Shown here: positions 38,575 to 48,793 of the stretch, in pieces
Position numbering within the stretch: the first letter of the stretch is position 1
How the letters are laid out: each line of letters opens with the position of its first letter
Assembly (NCBI GenBank): GCA_041499655.1
Contig: JBGQKQ010000003.1
Coordinates: 1-55,236, forward strand
DNA: 55,236 nucleotides
Source: Gammaproteobacteria bacterium
Lineage (GTDB): Bacteria > Pseudomonadota > Gammaproteobacteria > Burkholderiales > SG8-39
Direction of reading: 5' to 3'
Position numbers and translations under genes: made by a program
Notes under the pieces: model-generated
Told to the model about the DNA's origin: nothing
What the model saw: only the letters and a program-made list of their open reading frames with translations
Databases searched by the model: none

Positions 38575-40497
38575 ATGGAGGAGCTTTCGGCCGCAGCGCC
38601 GCCGCGATCCGCCGCCGGCCGCTTTGCCCAGGCCGCGCTCGCGGCGCTGCTGACGCTCGGGTCGCTGGCCTACAGCGTTGGTTTGGTCCGTGCCGCGGGC
38701 CTGGTGCTCTTCCCGGAGCAGTTCCTCGCCGCTATCTACGGCGTGTGCCTTGCGTTGCTCTTCATCAGCTTTCCCGCGGAGCGCGGCGCCCCGCGCGCTG
38801 AGATCCCTTGGTACGACTGGCTGTTCGCCGCCGCCGGGCTCGCCGTCGGCCTGTATGTGGCGGTAACCTTTCCCCGCCTGACGGCCCAGGCGGGAACGGT
38901 CACCTTCGAACTGTTGTTCCTCGCGGCGGGACTCGCCTTCCTGACGCTGGAGGGGACGCGCCGTACTTCCGGGTATTCGCTGATCATCATCACCTTCGTC
39001 CTGGTGGTGTGGGTGCTCATCGGGCATCTCGTCCCCGGACAGTTGCAGACGCACAAGGTCGAGGCTCGCACGCTCGCTATTTATCTCAGCTTCGACAACA
39101 ACGGGCTGCTCGGGCTCGTGCTCGAGATCGCCTGCACTATCGTCGTGGCCTTCGTGCTGATGGGCCAGCTCCTCGCGCGCTCCGGCGGCTCGGGTTTCTT
39201 CAACGACTTCGCGCTCGGTCTGATGGGGCGATATCGCGGCGGCGCCGCCAAGATTTCGGTGGTCGCGTCGAGCCTCTTCGGCAGCATCTCGGGCATCGCC
39301 GCGGCGAGCGCGCTCGCCGTCGGCGTGGTCACCATCCCGCTCATGAAAAGGTCGGGTATTCCGGCGCGCCTCGCCGCGGCCATCGAGGCCTGCGCCGCCA
39401 ACGGCGCGCAGATGATGCCGCCGGTGATGGGCGCGGTGGCCTTCGTCATGGCGGACTTCCTGCAGGTGCCCTACCGCGAGGTGGCGCTCGCCGCCCTGCT
39501 GCCGTCGATCCTCTACTACACGGCGCTGTTCATTCAGTGCGACCTGGAGACCGCGCGCTACGGCATCGGCAGGGTCGACCGCAGCGAGATCCCGCGCATG
39601 GGTCCGGTGCTCAGGACCGGCTGGATCTTCCTCGCGCCGTTCGCCGCCATCGTCGGCGCGATGTTCTGGCTGAACTGGGAACCCGAGCCCGCCGCGACGC
39701 TGGCCTCCGCGATCATCATCGCGCTCGGCCTCGCCATCGGCTATCGCGGCACGCGCATGAAGCTCAGCGACATCTGGAGCGCGGTCATCGAGACCGGCAT
39801 CGGCGTGTGCGAGATCGTCGTCATCAGCGCCATCGGCGGCTACGTGCTCGGCCTGTTCCAGATCGGCGGGCTGTCGTTCGCGCTCACCGCCTACCTCGTC
39901 AACCTGGGCGCGGAAAACCTGCTCCTTCTGCTGATCATCTGCGCGATCACCAACATCGTGCTCGGCCTGGGCCTGCCGACGCTCGCGGTGTACGTGATGC
40001 TCGCCATCCTGGTCGCGCCCGCGCTCGTCAAGGTGGGCGTGCCGGCCATGGCGGCGCATCTGTTCATCCTGTACTTCGGCATCATGTCGCTCATCACGCC
40101 GCCCATCGCCACCGCCGCTTTCGTCGCCGCCACGATCGCGAAGACCGATCCCATGGCTGCGGGCTGGACCGCGATGCGCTTCGGCTGGGCCTCCTACATC
40201 GTGCCCTTCCTCTTCGTCTACTCGCCGGCCCTCATCATGCGGGGCAACGCGCTCGAGATCGGGCTGGTGATGATCCTGTCGATCGCCGGCATCTGGTTCG
40301 TGTGCGCCGCCTTCACCGGCTATGCCATGAGGGTGATGGGCCCGCCGATGCGGGTCGCATTCGGTGTGGCGGGGATCCTGCTCCTGATGCCGTTCCAGGC
40401 TTCCACCGTCAACGCCTGGCTGAACGTCCTGGGTGCCGTGCTCGGCGTCGCGCTGCTTGTCTATGAGTTCAGGGCGAGGGGCGAGGCGCCTGCGTAG
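38575..40497 (+). CDS. TRAP 4TM/12TM fused permease
   Basis: RGGAAK..VVASSLFGSISG, QMMPPVMGA, GLPT, ITPP. Confidence 0.92.
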   Translation: MEELSAAAPPRSAAGRFAQAALAALLTLGSLAYSVGLVRAAGLVLFPEQFLAAIYGVCLALLFISFPAERGAPRAEIPWYDWLFAAAGLAVGLYVAVTFPRLTAQAGTVTFELLFLAAGLAFLTLEGTRRTSGYSLIIITFVLVVWVLIGHLVPGQLQTHKVEARTLAIYLSFDNNGLLGLVLEIACTIVVAFVLMGQLLARSGGSGFFNDFALGLMGRYRGGAAKISVVASSLFGSISGIAAASALAVGVVTIPLMKRSGIPARLAAAIEACAANGAQMMPPVMGAVAFVMADFLQVPYREVALAALLPSILYYTALFIQCDLETARYGIGRVDRSEIPRMGPVLRTGWIFLAPFAAIVGAMFWLNWEPEPAATLASAIIIALGLAIGYRGTRMKLSDIWSAVIETGIGVCEIVVISAIGGYVLGLFQIGGLSFALTAYLVNLGAENLLLLLIICAITNIVLGLGLPTLAVYVMLAILVAPALVKVGVPAMAAHLFILYFGIMSLITPPIATAAFVAATIAKTDPMAAGWTAMRFGWASYIVPFLFVYSPALIMRGNALEIGLVMILSIAGIWFVCAAFTGYAMRVMGPPMRVAFGVAGILLLMPFQASTVNAWLNVLGAVLGVALLVYEFRARGEAPA

Positions 40498-40538
40498 CGT
40501 GGTCGCAGTCGGGACGACGGGGTCGCCGTAATGCGACC

Positions 40539-41705
40539 TTAGGCGGGTACGGGATTCGAAGCCAGTTTCCTCACGGCAGGCATCACTTCCCGCGCGAACA
40601 GCTCCATGTTCGTGCGCGTGAGATCCGCGGGCAGCGTGCCGAACTGGCACAGCACGAGCAGATTGCCGAAGCGCATGTCCTTCCAGTAGTTCTCGAACGC
40701 GCTCCGGACCGTCGCCGGGCTGCCGCACACGAACAAGCCGAGATCGATCGCCTTCTCGATGGTAATGTCGCCGAACATCTCTGCCTTCGCCTTCATCACG
40801 TTCTTGAGCGACTCGCGCGATGTATATCCCGGCGGCAAAAGCATCTCGATCGGCATTTTTACGAACACGTTGCGGAACGCCTCGAAATGCGGCCTGGCCT
40901 CGCTGCGCGCCGCGTCATCGGTTTTCGCCACGTAGACCGGAACCGCCCAGCCGAGCTGCCGGTCCTCCGCCTCGTAGCCGAAGGCCTTGCAGGTGTCGCG
41001 ATACAGTTTCAGATATCGCTGCACGACTTTCGCCGGGCTGAAGGTCTGCAGGTACGTGTACCTGCGGTCGGGATGCGCGGCCCAGTCGATTGTTTCCTTG
41101 CTTCCCTGCGATGGAATCCATATCGGCGGATGCGGCTTCTGGAACGGCCGCGGCCAGAGATTGACGTACTGGACGTTGTAGTGCCGGCCCTGGAAGGCGA
41201 ACGGGCCCACCTCCGTCCAGGCACGCACGATCAGGTCGTGCGCCTCGTGGAAACGGTCGTGCGAGAAAGTCGGATTCACGCCGAAGGTGTGGTACTCGGC
41301 GCCGATACCACGAACGAAACCGGAGATCAGCCGACCGCCCGAGATCACGTCGATCATCGCGTGCTCCTCGGCCACGGTCAGCGGATGCTCGCGCAACGGC
41401 AGCGCACTGCCGAGAATCGCGATCTTCACGCGTTTCGTGCGCCGCGCGAGCGCGGATGCGGTGACGATGGGCGACGGCATCAGCCCATAAGCCGTCTGAT
41501 GATGCTCGTTTACCGCAATCGCGTCGAACCCGAGCTCCTCGCCGTATTCGAGTTCGTCCAGGTAGCGGTTGTAGAGCTGGTGGCCCTTGATCGGGTCGAA
41601 GTTCGAGTTGGGGAGCGTCACCCACACCGTTCCGTGATCGCGCCCGACCTTCAGGTCGAGGTCGGCGTACGGCATCAGGTGGAACAGGACGATTTCCAAG
41701 CTCAC
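40539..41705 (-). CDS. luciferase-like (LLM) flavin-dependent oxidoreductase
   Basis: ELGFDAIAVNEHH, DVISGGRL..GFVRG, PRPFQKPHPPIW; GTG start overlapping the upstream stop. Confidence 0.9.
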   Translation of the reverse strand: MSLEIVLFHLMPYADLDLKVGRDHGTVWVTLPNSNFDPIKGHQLYNRYLDELEYGEELGFDAIAVNEHHQTAYGLMPSPIVTASALARRTKRVKIAILGSALPLREHPLTVAEEHAMIDVISGGRLISGFVRGIGAEYHTFGVNPTFSHDRFHEAHDLIVRAWTEVGPFAFQGRHYNVQYVNLWPRPFQKPHPPIWIPSQGSKETIDWAAHPDRRYTYLQTFSPAKVVQRYLKLYRDTCKAFGYEAEDRQLGWAVPVYVAKTDDAARSEARPHFEAFRNVFVKMPIEMLLPPGYTSRESLKNVMKAKAEMFGDITIEKAIDLGLFVCGSPATVRSAFENYWKDMRFGNLLVLCQFGTLPADLTRTNMELFAREVMPAVRKLASNPVPA

Positions 41706-42481
41706 CCCTTCGCGCCGGTAAAGCGGAACACGATATCGCAGAACAGATCCGGCTTTTCTGCCTGCGGCAGGTGCCCGCAGCGCGGGACGATCTCGACCTG
41801 CGCCTTGGGGATCAGCTTCCCAAACTCGCGCGCGTAGGCGACCGGCAGGATCCTGTCTTCCTCTCCCCACACGATTTTCACCGGGACGTCGATGCGGTGC
41901 AGCCACTTGGGCAGGAACGGATCGTGCAGCCGCGGCTCCCAGCCGAGCCGTGCAACGGTGTGGCGGTTCTTGAGCGCCATGTCGAGGAGCTCCGGCGTCA
42001 TCGGCTCGGCCAGTCTTTGCTCCGCGAGCGTCTGGTCGAAGAACAGGTTGCGCACGACTTGCTCCGGAGACCAGAGGAAAATATCGCCCGGCTGGATTCC
42101 GGGGACGGAGATACCGGCGGGACCCACCAGCACGAGCGAACCGATGCGCGAAGTGTCGCGCACCGCCATCTCCAGCGCCAGCCATCCGCCGAGGGAGCTG
42201 CCAACCACGTGCACGTCTTTCAGGTCGAGGGCGCGCAGCAGATCCAGATAGAAGTAGGCGAGATCGTGGATGTTCTCCAGCCATGCCGGCTCATCCGACA
42301 GTCCGAAGCCCGGGTGCTCGGGAACAAGCACATCGAAGCGGCGCGCGAGCCTTTCCATGAAAGGCATCACGGCCGGCGCCCCGCTCGCCCCGTGCAGATA
42401 GAGGAGCGGCTCGCCCGAGCCGCCGCGGCGCAGGTTCAGCTTGCAGCCATCGATGTCCACGAAGCGCTGGCTGAACACCAC
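41702..42481 (-). CDS. alpha/beta hydrolase
   Basis: LYLHGA, HPGFG, GSSLGG, CGHLP. Confidence 0.9.
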   Translation of the reverse strand: MVFSQRFVDIDGCKLNLRRGGSGEPLLYLHGASGAPAVMPFMERLARRFDVLVPEHPGFGLSDEPAWLENIHDLAYFYLDLLRALDLKDVHVVGSSLGGWLALEMAVRDTSRIGSLVLVGPAGISVPGIQPGDIFLWSPEQVVRNLFFDQTLAEQRLAEPMTPELLDMALKNRHTVARLGWEPRLHDPFLPKWLHRIDVPVKIVWGEEDRILPVAYAREFGKLIPKAQVEIVPRCGHLPQAEKPDLFCDIVFRFTGAKG

Positions 42482-42501
42482 GTTGGTCCTCCGGCAGCCG
42501 C

Positions 42502-43464
42502 CTAGCCGTGCCTGGCCCCGGCGCGCTTTGCGCCCAGGACGCCGGAGGCCTCGACAACCGGCCCGATCGCCGAATGAAAGGCGGGCGCCATCACGTGCGC
42601 GCCGGCGACACCCGGGATCTGCACAAGCTGCTGCAGGAGCTCGACGCAGATTTTCTTGCCTTCGGCCTTGGGATCGGCGGTACGCTCGAGCCGCTCAACA
42701 ACCCCTTCCGGGATGATCGCTCCGTAGAGCTTCTCCTTCATCCAGCGCGCCGAGCGCGCCGAGGGAATCGGAGCAATGCCGATCAGGATCGGCAGTCTTT
42801 GCGCCACCCCCAGGTCGAGCAGCCGCGCGGCATAGCGCCGCACCACGTCCGCATCCATGCAGAACTGCGTCTGGATGAACTCGGCGCCTGCCTGCATCTT
42901 CGCGAGCAGCCCGCTGGGGTGCCAGCCAGCGGGAGGATCGACAGGCAGCTCCGCCGCGCCCAGCACCAGCCGCACAGGTCCGTTGATCTCGGTACCCGAG
43001 GGTAGTCGGCCCTCCGAGCGCATTTGCTGCGCAGTCGCGAGCAGGGCCGTGGTATCGAGATCGAAAACCGCCTTGGCCTCCGGCTGATCGCCGAGCTTCG
43101 GGTCATCTCCGCGCAGCGCGAGAATGTTGCAAATGCCGAGCGCGGCAGCCCCGAGCAGCTCCGCCTGCAAGGCGATCCGGTTGCGGTCGCGGCAGGTCAT
43201 CTGGAGGATCGGCTCGACCCCGTTGCGCACCAGAAAATGCGCCGCGGCGAGGCTCGACATGTGGGCTCTCGATCCGGCTCCGTCGGTCACGTTGATCGCC
43301 GTGACCAGGCCCCGCAATGCGAGCGCCCTCTCGATGAAATCCGCGGGATCGGTCGAGACCGGAGGGGAAAGCTCGGCGGTGACCACGAAACTCCCGTCCC
43401 GCAGATGCCTTTGCAGATCGCTGATGGCGCCGTCCGACAACGGCTCCTTCGTGGCCAAATCCAT
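42502..43464 (-). CDS. metF: methylenetetrahydrofolate reductase family protein
   Basis: TAELSPP, INVTD, TCRDRNRIAL, LRGD, K..AGAEFIQTQ. Confidence 0.82.
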   Translation of the reverse strand: MDLATKEPLSDGAISDLQRHLRDGSFVVTAELSPPVSTDPADFIERALALRGLVTAINVTDGAGSRAHMSSLAAAHFLVRNGVEPILQMTCRDRNRIALQAELLGAAALGICNILALRGDDPKLGDQPEAKAVFDLDTTALLATAQQMRSEGRLPSGTEINGPVRLVLGAAELPVDPPAGWHPSGLLAKMQAGAEFIQTQFCMDADVVRRYAARLLDLGVAQRLPILIGIAPIPSARSARWMKEKLYGAIIPEGVVERLERTADPKAEGKKICVELLQQLVQIPGVAGAHVMAPAFHSAIGPVVEASGVLGAKRAGARHG

Positions 43465-43509
43465 TCTTCTTGATGTCCCGTATCAGCGGCGAGTGTAGCA
43501 TGCCGTGTC

Positions 43510-44658
43510 TCAGTTTCTGCCCCGCTCCGCATCGATGCGATCCATGAATTTCGGCGCCAGTCCCCGCAGGCGTTCCTCGGTCATGCGCCCGCTCCTCGTC
43601 ATGTAGTCGTACGCCAGCTGCCATGGTTTGAGTTTCATCTTCTCCGGAAATTTCTCGTACCAGTAGGAACTGGCGTTCGCCGCGGTGAGGAGTTTCTCCA
43701 CCACCGGTCGGCGCTCGCGTTCGAAGCATTCGAGCGCGAGCGGCACATCCTCACCGTGTTCCGCGAAAGCGCGCTCCAGCGCGATCGCGTCCTCGAACGC
43801 AAGCCGCGTGCCGGAGCCGATCGAGAAGTGCACCGTGCGCAGCGCGTCGCCGAGCAGCACCGCGTAGCCCGAGGGCGAGCGTCGCGCGATCCAGCGCCCG
43901 TTCCGGACCAGCGGAAACTGCCGCCATACGGACTTGTTCGACTCGAGAGCGTGTCCTCCGAGGTCGGGCGCGAACACGCCCTCGCAGTAGGCCCGCGACT
44001 CGGCGTCGCTCATGCGGTCCAGCCCCGCTCTCCTCCACGTCGCGCCGTCGCACTCGACCACGAAGGTGCTCATCGACGCCGCATGGCGGTAGTGGTGCGC
44101 GACGAAGGCTCCGTGCCCGCCTTCGCGGAACGTGAGAGTGAGGCAGTCGAACGGCTGCGCCGTGCCGTACCACGCGAAACAGTTGGTGAGCACCTCGACG
44201 TTCGGCACGAACTGCGCGGCGAGCGCGTTGCGCACCAGCGAGTTCGAGCCGTCGGCTCCTACCACGAGATCGGCTCCGGGAAGGTCATCGAGCGAGGAGA
44301 TCGCCCGGCTGTACCTGATCTTCACGCCAATCCGACGGCACATACCCTGCAGGACCTCCTGGAGCGCGAGGCGCCCGATCGCCGAGAACCCGTTCCCGTC
44401 CACTTCGACGGGCTCGCCGCGATGTACGAGCCGTTGCATCGGCCAGCGCTCCATGGCCGCCTCGAGGATGTGCGAAAGCTCGGGCTCGTCCCGCTCGAGA
44501 AACGCGAGCGCCCCGTCGGAAAACACCACTCCGAAGCCGTAGGTCGCGCCCTCGGGATTCTGCTCGAAGGTTTCCACTTCCCACGCCGGGAAACGCCGCC
44601 TGATGAGGAGAGAGAACAGCAGGCCGGCCGCCCCGGCACCGATCACGGCGATGCGCAT
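43510..44658 (-). CDS. FAD-dependent monooxygenase (salicyloyl-/anthraniloyl-CoA monooxygenase N-domain-like)
   Basis: GAGAAGL, TYGFGVVFSD, GADG, GDALRTVHFSIGSGTRLAFEDA. Confidence 0.88.
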   Translation of the reverse strand: MRIAVIGAGAAGLLFSLLIRRRFPAWEVETFEQNPEGATYGFGVVFSDGALAFLERDEPELSHILEAAMERWPMQRLVHRGEPVEVDGNGFSAIGRLALQEVLQGMCRRIGVKIRYSRAISSLDDLPGADLVVGADGSNSLVRNALAAQFVPNVEVLTNCFAWYGTAQPFDCLTLTFREGGHGAFVAHHYRHAASMSTFVVECDGATWRRAGLDRMSDAESRAYCEGVFAPDLGGHALESNKSVWRQFPLVRNGRWIARRSPSGYAVLLGDALRTVHFSIGSGTRLAFEDAIALERAFAEHGEDVPLALECFERERRPVVEKLLTAANASSYWYEKFPEKMKLKPWQLAYDYMTRSGRMTEERLRGLAPKFMDRIDAERGRN

Positions 44659-44690
44659 GTTATGCCCCTGTCATATTTCACACCTATCCG

Positions 44691-44709
44691 CATATGACCG
44701 CGTCATATG
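44691..44709. promoter_or_regulatory. inverted repeat, candidate operator between divergent genes
   Basis: CATATGAC-cgc-GTCATATG in an AT-richer spacer. Confidence 0.4.
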
Positions 44710-44818
44710 TCACGAACTGCTCCGTGTGAACCTTGTCCAACCCTACCGCCGAGCCTAATATCGCACCGTAAGAATCGATTGTAATCTCCTGATTATTCAA
44801 GAGAGCAAAGGTGAAAAA

Positions 44819-46303
44819 GTGGACGCAGTAGTACCGGGACGGCCGATCGGCTCCGAGGGTTCTGTGTTTTACGCTTCTCGGCTGTTCGTTCTCGCCGCTG
44901 CCTATTTTGCCGCAGCCACGCTCGCTCTGTGGACGGGGGAGGCTACCGGCCTTACGGCAACCGTGTGGCCGGCCTCGGGTATCGCGCTGGCCGGTCTGCT
45001 GCTCCTCGGGTACCGCATGTGGCCCGGCGTATGGCTCGGGGCAGCGCTCGCCGCTATCACGGTACAGCCTTCACTGGTCGACGCGGCGCTGATGGGCGCC
45101 GGCAGTACCCTCGAGGCATTGGTTGCGGCGGTTCTCGTGCGGCGCTGCATCGGTCTGCCTCGCAGTTTCGAGCGTGGCGAAGACGTGGTGGAATTCGTCG
45201 CCATCGCGGCACTGAGTTCCGCGATCGCTGCCACGGTGGCCACGGCCCAGCTAGCCTGGCCTCATTCGCCTGCTCCGCAGGCGCTCGCCTGGACTTGGTG
45301 GACCCGGTGGCAAGCCGACGCGATGGGCATCATCATCGTCGCGCCTCTGATCCTCAACTGGTCGGTCAGCAGCGCGGAGGGGTCGCGCAGGAAAACCCTG
45401 GAGATGCTGTGCCTTGCAGTTCCCACTCTCGCCGCGACCCAGGCGATTTTCAGCGACGGCCTGCCGGCTTACCTGCCGTCCTTGCCGCTGACGTTCGTGA
45501 TCCTGCCCTTTGTGATCTGGGCGGCACTGCGTTTTGCGCAGCGAGAAGTCGCCACGCTGAACGCCCTGGTCTGCGCCATCGCCGTGTGGCATACGTTCGA
45601 GGGCCGCGGGCCCTTTGCGTCCGTACTTCCCGGCGCGATGCCGTTGCTGCTGCTCGCGTTCACGAGCACCGTGGTGATCACCGGCCTGGTGCTCAACGCC
45701 GTCGTCGGCGAGCGCAGCCGCGCCATCGAGGCGCTTGCGCAGGCCTTGAAGACCCTGAGGGAAGAAGCAATCCGCGATCCGCTCACCAATCTGTACAATC
45801 GCCGCTTCCTGCACGACTACCTTTCCCGCGAGCTGGTGCGCGCCAAGCGCGAGGCAATCCGTGTCGCGGTGATCATGATCGATCTCGATCACTTCAAGCG
45901 GGTGAACGACACCGCGGGCCACAGCGCGGGCGACGAGGTCCTGGTGCAAGTGGCCGCCCTGCTGAAGCGGCACATCCGAGGCAGCGATATCGCCTGCCGC
46001 TTTGGCGGTGAGGAGTTCACGCTCGTGCTGCCCAACGCCACGCTGCAGAGCGCCCGCAGCCGGGCCGAAGCGATCTGCATGGCAGTGCGCGAGGAAAGCG
46101 GCTATCTCATGGGCGTGACCGCCTCCCTCGGCGTTGCGATCTTCCCCGAGGGAGCGGTGGAGCCCGACGCTCTGCTCCGCGCTGCCGACCAGGCCCTGTA
46201 TCAGGCCAAGGGGCGGGGGCGCAACCAGGTCAGGATTTTCTCGCGCGAACCCGCCTCGGTTTCCACTCTCCGTCCCAGGACGCCGAGACGAGCGCACGGA
46301 TGA
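44819..46303 (+). CDS. MASE1-GGDEF diguanylate cyclase
   Basis: VWPASGIAL (MASE1); DPLTNLYNRR, DLDHFK, RGSD I-site, GGEEF. Confidence 0.93.
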   Translation: MDAVVPGRPIGSEGSVFYASRLFVLAAAYFAAATLALWTGEATGLTATVWPASGIALAGLLLLGYRMWPGVWLGAALAAITVQPSLVDAALMGAGSTLEALVAAVLVRRCIGLPRSFERGEDVVEFVAIAALSSAIAATVATAQLAWPHSPAPQALAWTWWTRWQADAMGIIIVAPLILNWSVSSAEGSRRKTLEMLCLAVPTLAATQAIFSDGLPAYLPSLPLTFVILPFVIWAALRFAQREVATLNALVCAIAVWHTFEGRGPFASVLPGAMPLLLLAFTSTVVITGLVLNAVVGERSRAIEALAQALKTLREEAIRDPLTNLYNRRFLHDYLSRELVRAKREAIRVAVIMIDLDHFKRVNDTAGHSAGDEVLVQVAALLKRHIRGSDIACRFGGEEFTLVLPNATLQSARSRAEAICMAVREESGYLMGVTASLGVAIFPEGAVEPDALLRAADQALYQAKGRGRNQVRIFSREPASVSTLRPRTPRRAHG

Positions 46304-46339
46304 TCGGCCTGAATCGGGCGGACAAAACTGTCCGGACGC

Positions 46340-46966
46340 TCAGTGAGTAAAGTCCAGCCGGGTGTCGAGCAGCACCCCGTATAGCTTGATGGGATCGCGC
46401 CGTGGAATTTCCAGTGGCGGCAGCTCCTCGGCCTCGAGCGTGACGCCCATCTCCGCGGCGAGGTCCATGAGGGTCTCGGAGAGAACGAACTCCCCCGCGC
46501 GGGCGCGATGGAGCAGCCGGTTGGCGATGCTCACGCAGTCGCCGAAAACGAACAATTGCTCGGGCGTGGGGCTCTTTTCGGCGAATCCCACGACGGCGTC
46601 CCCGCAATGCAGCCCCATCGCAACCGCCGCACGGATGCCGAAATCGCGGTGCCACGCTTCGGACAAGGTTGCGAACCTGGCCTGGATTTCCTCCGCAGCC
46701 GCGATCGCGTGCTGAGCGTCGTCCTGTCCGGTGAAAGTCGCCATCATGGTATCGCTGAGGATGTCCGCGACGGCTCCCTCGTGCTCCTCCACGGCCTGCC
46801 AGACGAGAGAAACAAATTCCCCGACTCTCGCGATCACCACCCCAGGATCGAGCATGTCCGACATGCCCGTGAATCCGCGCATTTCGGCGAACAGGATCAC
46901 GGTCGGGGAGCGTTCGGGCTTGCCCACTTCGTTTGTCGCCACTTGACCTCCCTCTTTGCGCCGCAA
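46340..46966 (-). CDS. standalone class III nucleotide cyclase-like domain (degenerate)
   Basis: ILFAEMRGFT, GLHCG, FGDCVSIANRL. Confidence 0.8.
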   Translation of the reverse strand: MRRKEGGQVATNEVGKPERSPTVILFAEMRGFTGMSDMLDPGVVIARVGEFVSLVWQAVEEHEGAVADILSDTMMATFTGQDDAQHAIAAAEEIQARFATLSEAWHRDFGIRAAVAMGLHCGDAVVGFAEKSPTPEQLFVFGDCVSIANRLLHRARAGEFVLSETLMDLAAEMGVTLEAEELPPLEIPRRDPIKLYGVLLDTRLDFTH

Positions 46967-47215
46967 CGCGTCGTGCCCGCCATGCTAGGCAGCGCCCCCG
47001 GGCGGCGAGGAGGAAATTCTACACAGGGAGGGCGAAACGGGCGATTCTCCCAAAGCCCTCCTTCCGACGCTCCTATTAGTTTCGAATATCATCGTGCCAG
47101 CGGGCGGAGTATAATTTTTTTGTCCCGAAACATTTCAGCGGGAATTCTCAAACTCCGGGTCGGACACGCGCCGCGGTCGGCGGCGCGCCGGCCCGCCACC
47201 ACAACGGAGGCAACA

Positions 47216-47869
47216 ATGGCAGTTCGCATCGGAGACGAAGCGCCGGACTTCACGGCGGAAACCACCGAAGGCAAGATCCGGTTCCATGAATGGATCGGCG
47301 ACAAATGGGCGATCCTGTTCTCGCACCCCAAGGACTTCACGCCCGTGTGCACCACCGAGCTGGGATACATGGCCAAGCTCAAGCCCGAGTTCGACAAGCG
47401 CAACACCAAGATCATCGGGCTCTCGATCGACCCGGTGAGCGACCACCAGCGTTGGGTCGGCGACATCAAGGAAACACAGGGAACCGCGGTCAACTACCCC
47501 ATGATCGGCGACGCCGACCTGAACGTCGCGAAGCTCTACGACATGATTCACCCCAACGCGAGCGGTGGCAAGCGGACCGCCGCGGATAACGCGACCATAC
47601 GTTCGGTGTTCATGATCGGACCCGACAAGAAAGTCAAGGCGATGCTGATCTACCCCATGAGCGCGGGCCGCAATTTCGACGAGGTCCTGCGCCTGCTCGA
47701 CTCGCTCCAGCTGAACGCCAAGCACTCGGTCGCGACGCCGGTGAACTGGAAACCGGGCCAGGACGTGATCATCCCGACCTCGATATCCGATGAGGATGCG
47801 AAGAAGAAGTATCCGCACGGCTTCAAGACGCTCAAACCGTACCTGCGCACAGTCGCCCAGCCGAAGTAG
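47216..47869 (+). CDS. 1-Cys peroxiredoxin (Prx6)
   Basis: FSHPKDFTPVCTTE, GRNFDE, TPVNW; GGAGG SD. Confidence 0.96.
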   Translation: MAVRIGDEAPDFTAETTEGKIRFHEWIGDKWAILFSHPKDFTPVCTTELGYMAKLKPEFDKRNTKIIGLSIDPVSDHQRWVGDIKETQGTAVNYPMIGDADLNVAKLYDMIHPNASGGKRTAADNATIRSVFMIGPDKKVKAMLIYPMSAGRNFDEVLRLLDSLQLNAKHSVATPVNWKPGQDVIIPTSISDEDAKKKYPHGFKTLKPYLRTVAQPK

Positions 47870-47897
47870 GTCGATGCGACCGGGCGAAGGAAGGCTC

Positions 47898-48338
47898 ATG
47901 CGGCGATCGTGGACGATGCTTGCGGTTCTCGGCGTCGTGGCGGTCCTTGCCGCCGGATGCAAGAGCCCACCGACCCAGGCGGAGATGGCCACCTACAACT
48001 ACGGTCCGCGTCCCGAGAACTACGAGAAGCTCGTCCGGGACTATCTTTGGCCCAAGCTGCTCGATCCCGGCGGCGCGATCATCGAGTTCAAGGCGGGTCC
48101 CCGAGAGCTCTTTCAGCAGGACACGGCCCTGCGCTCGCTCCAATACGGTTGGGGCGTGTGCGTGTGGATCAACGACAAGAACACCAAGGGGGCGTACGAC
48201 GGACCGTACCCGATGGTGTTCTTCATCCGGGACGGAAAGATCATCGCGGTGAACGGCGGGTCGGACGACAACGTCATCGGCTGGCGCTACGCGCGTACCG
48301 GGTGCAACGAGCTGGGCGCGCCTTTCGTTACGCCCTGA
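47898..48338 (+). CDS. hypothetical lipoprotein
   Basis: Lipobox AAGC; NYGPRPENYE, GWGVCVWIN. Confidence 0.75.
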   Translation: MRRSWTMLAVLGVVAVLAAGCKSPPTQAEMATYNYGPRPENYEKLVRDYLWPKLLDPGGAIIEFKAGPRELFQQDTALRSLQYGWGVCVWINDKNTKGAYDGPYPMVFFIRDGKIIAVNGGSDDNVIGWRYARTGCNELGAPFVTP

Positions 48339-48355
48339 GCGGCTCCCGCTGCGCC

Positions 48356-48793
48356 ATGAAGCAGTTCGCACTGGCGTCGATTACTATTGCCATTCTTGCA
48401 GGGTGCCAATCGACGCCGCTGTCCAGCGAGCAGATCGCCGCGCTCGACTACGGTCCGCGGCCGGAAGACTACGAAAGCATCGTCCGCGGCTACCTGAGAA
48501 CGCGGCTCAGCGAGCCCGACTACGCCCTCATCGAATTCAGAGCCGGACCCGCGCCTCTCTACCAGAGAGATACCCTCTCGCGCGAGCGGAAACACGGCTG
48601 GGCGGTGTGCGTGACAATCAACGACCGTGATCAACGCGGCGTGTACCCGGGCGCCTATCCCATGGTGGTATATATACTTGAAGGGAAAGTCGTCGCGGCC
48701 GACGGCGGCGGCCTGGAGCGGGCTGCCGGACTCCGTTACGCGCACGCCCAATGCAGGCAGCTGGGCTACGAAGTGTTCGACCGACCGCTCTAG
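48356..48793 (+). CDS. hypothetical lipoprotein, paralog of the upstream gene
   Basis: Lipobox LAGC; DYGPRPEDYE, GWAVCVTIN. Confidence 0.75.
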   Translation: MKQFALASITIAILAGCQSTPLSSEQIAALDYGPRPEDYESIVRGYLRTRLSEPDYALIEFRAGPAPLYQRDTLSRERKHGWAVCVTINDRDQRGVYPGAYPMVVYILEGKVVAADGGGLERAAGLRYAHAQCRQLGYEVFDRPL

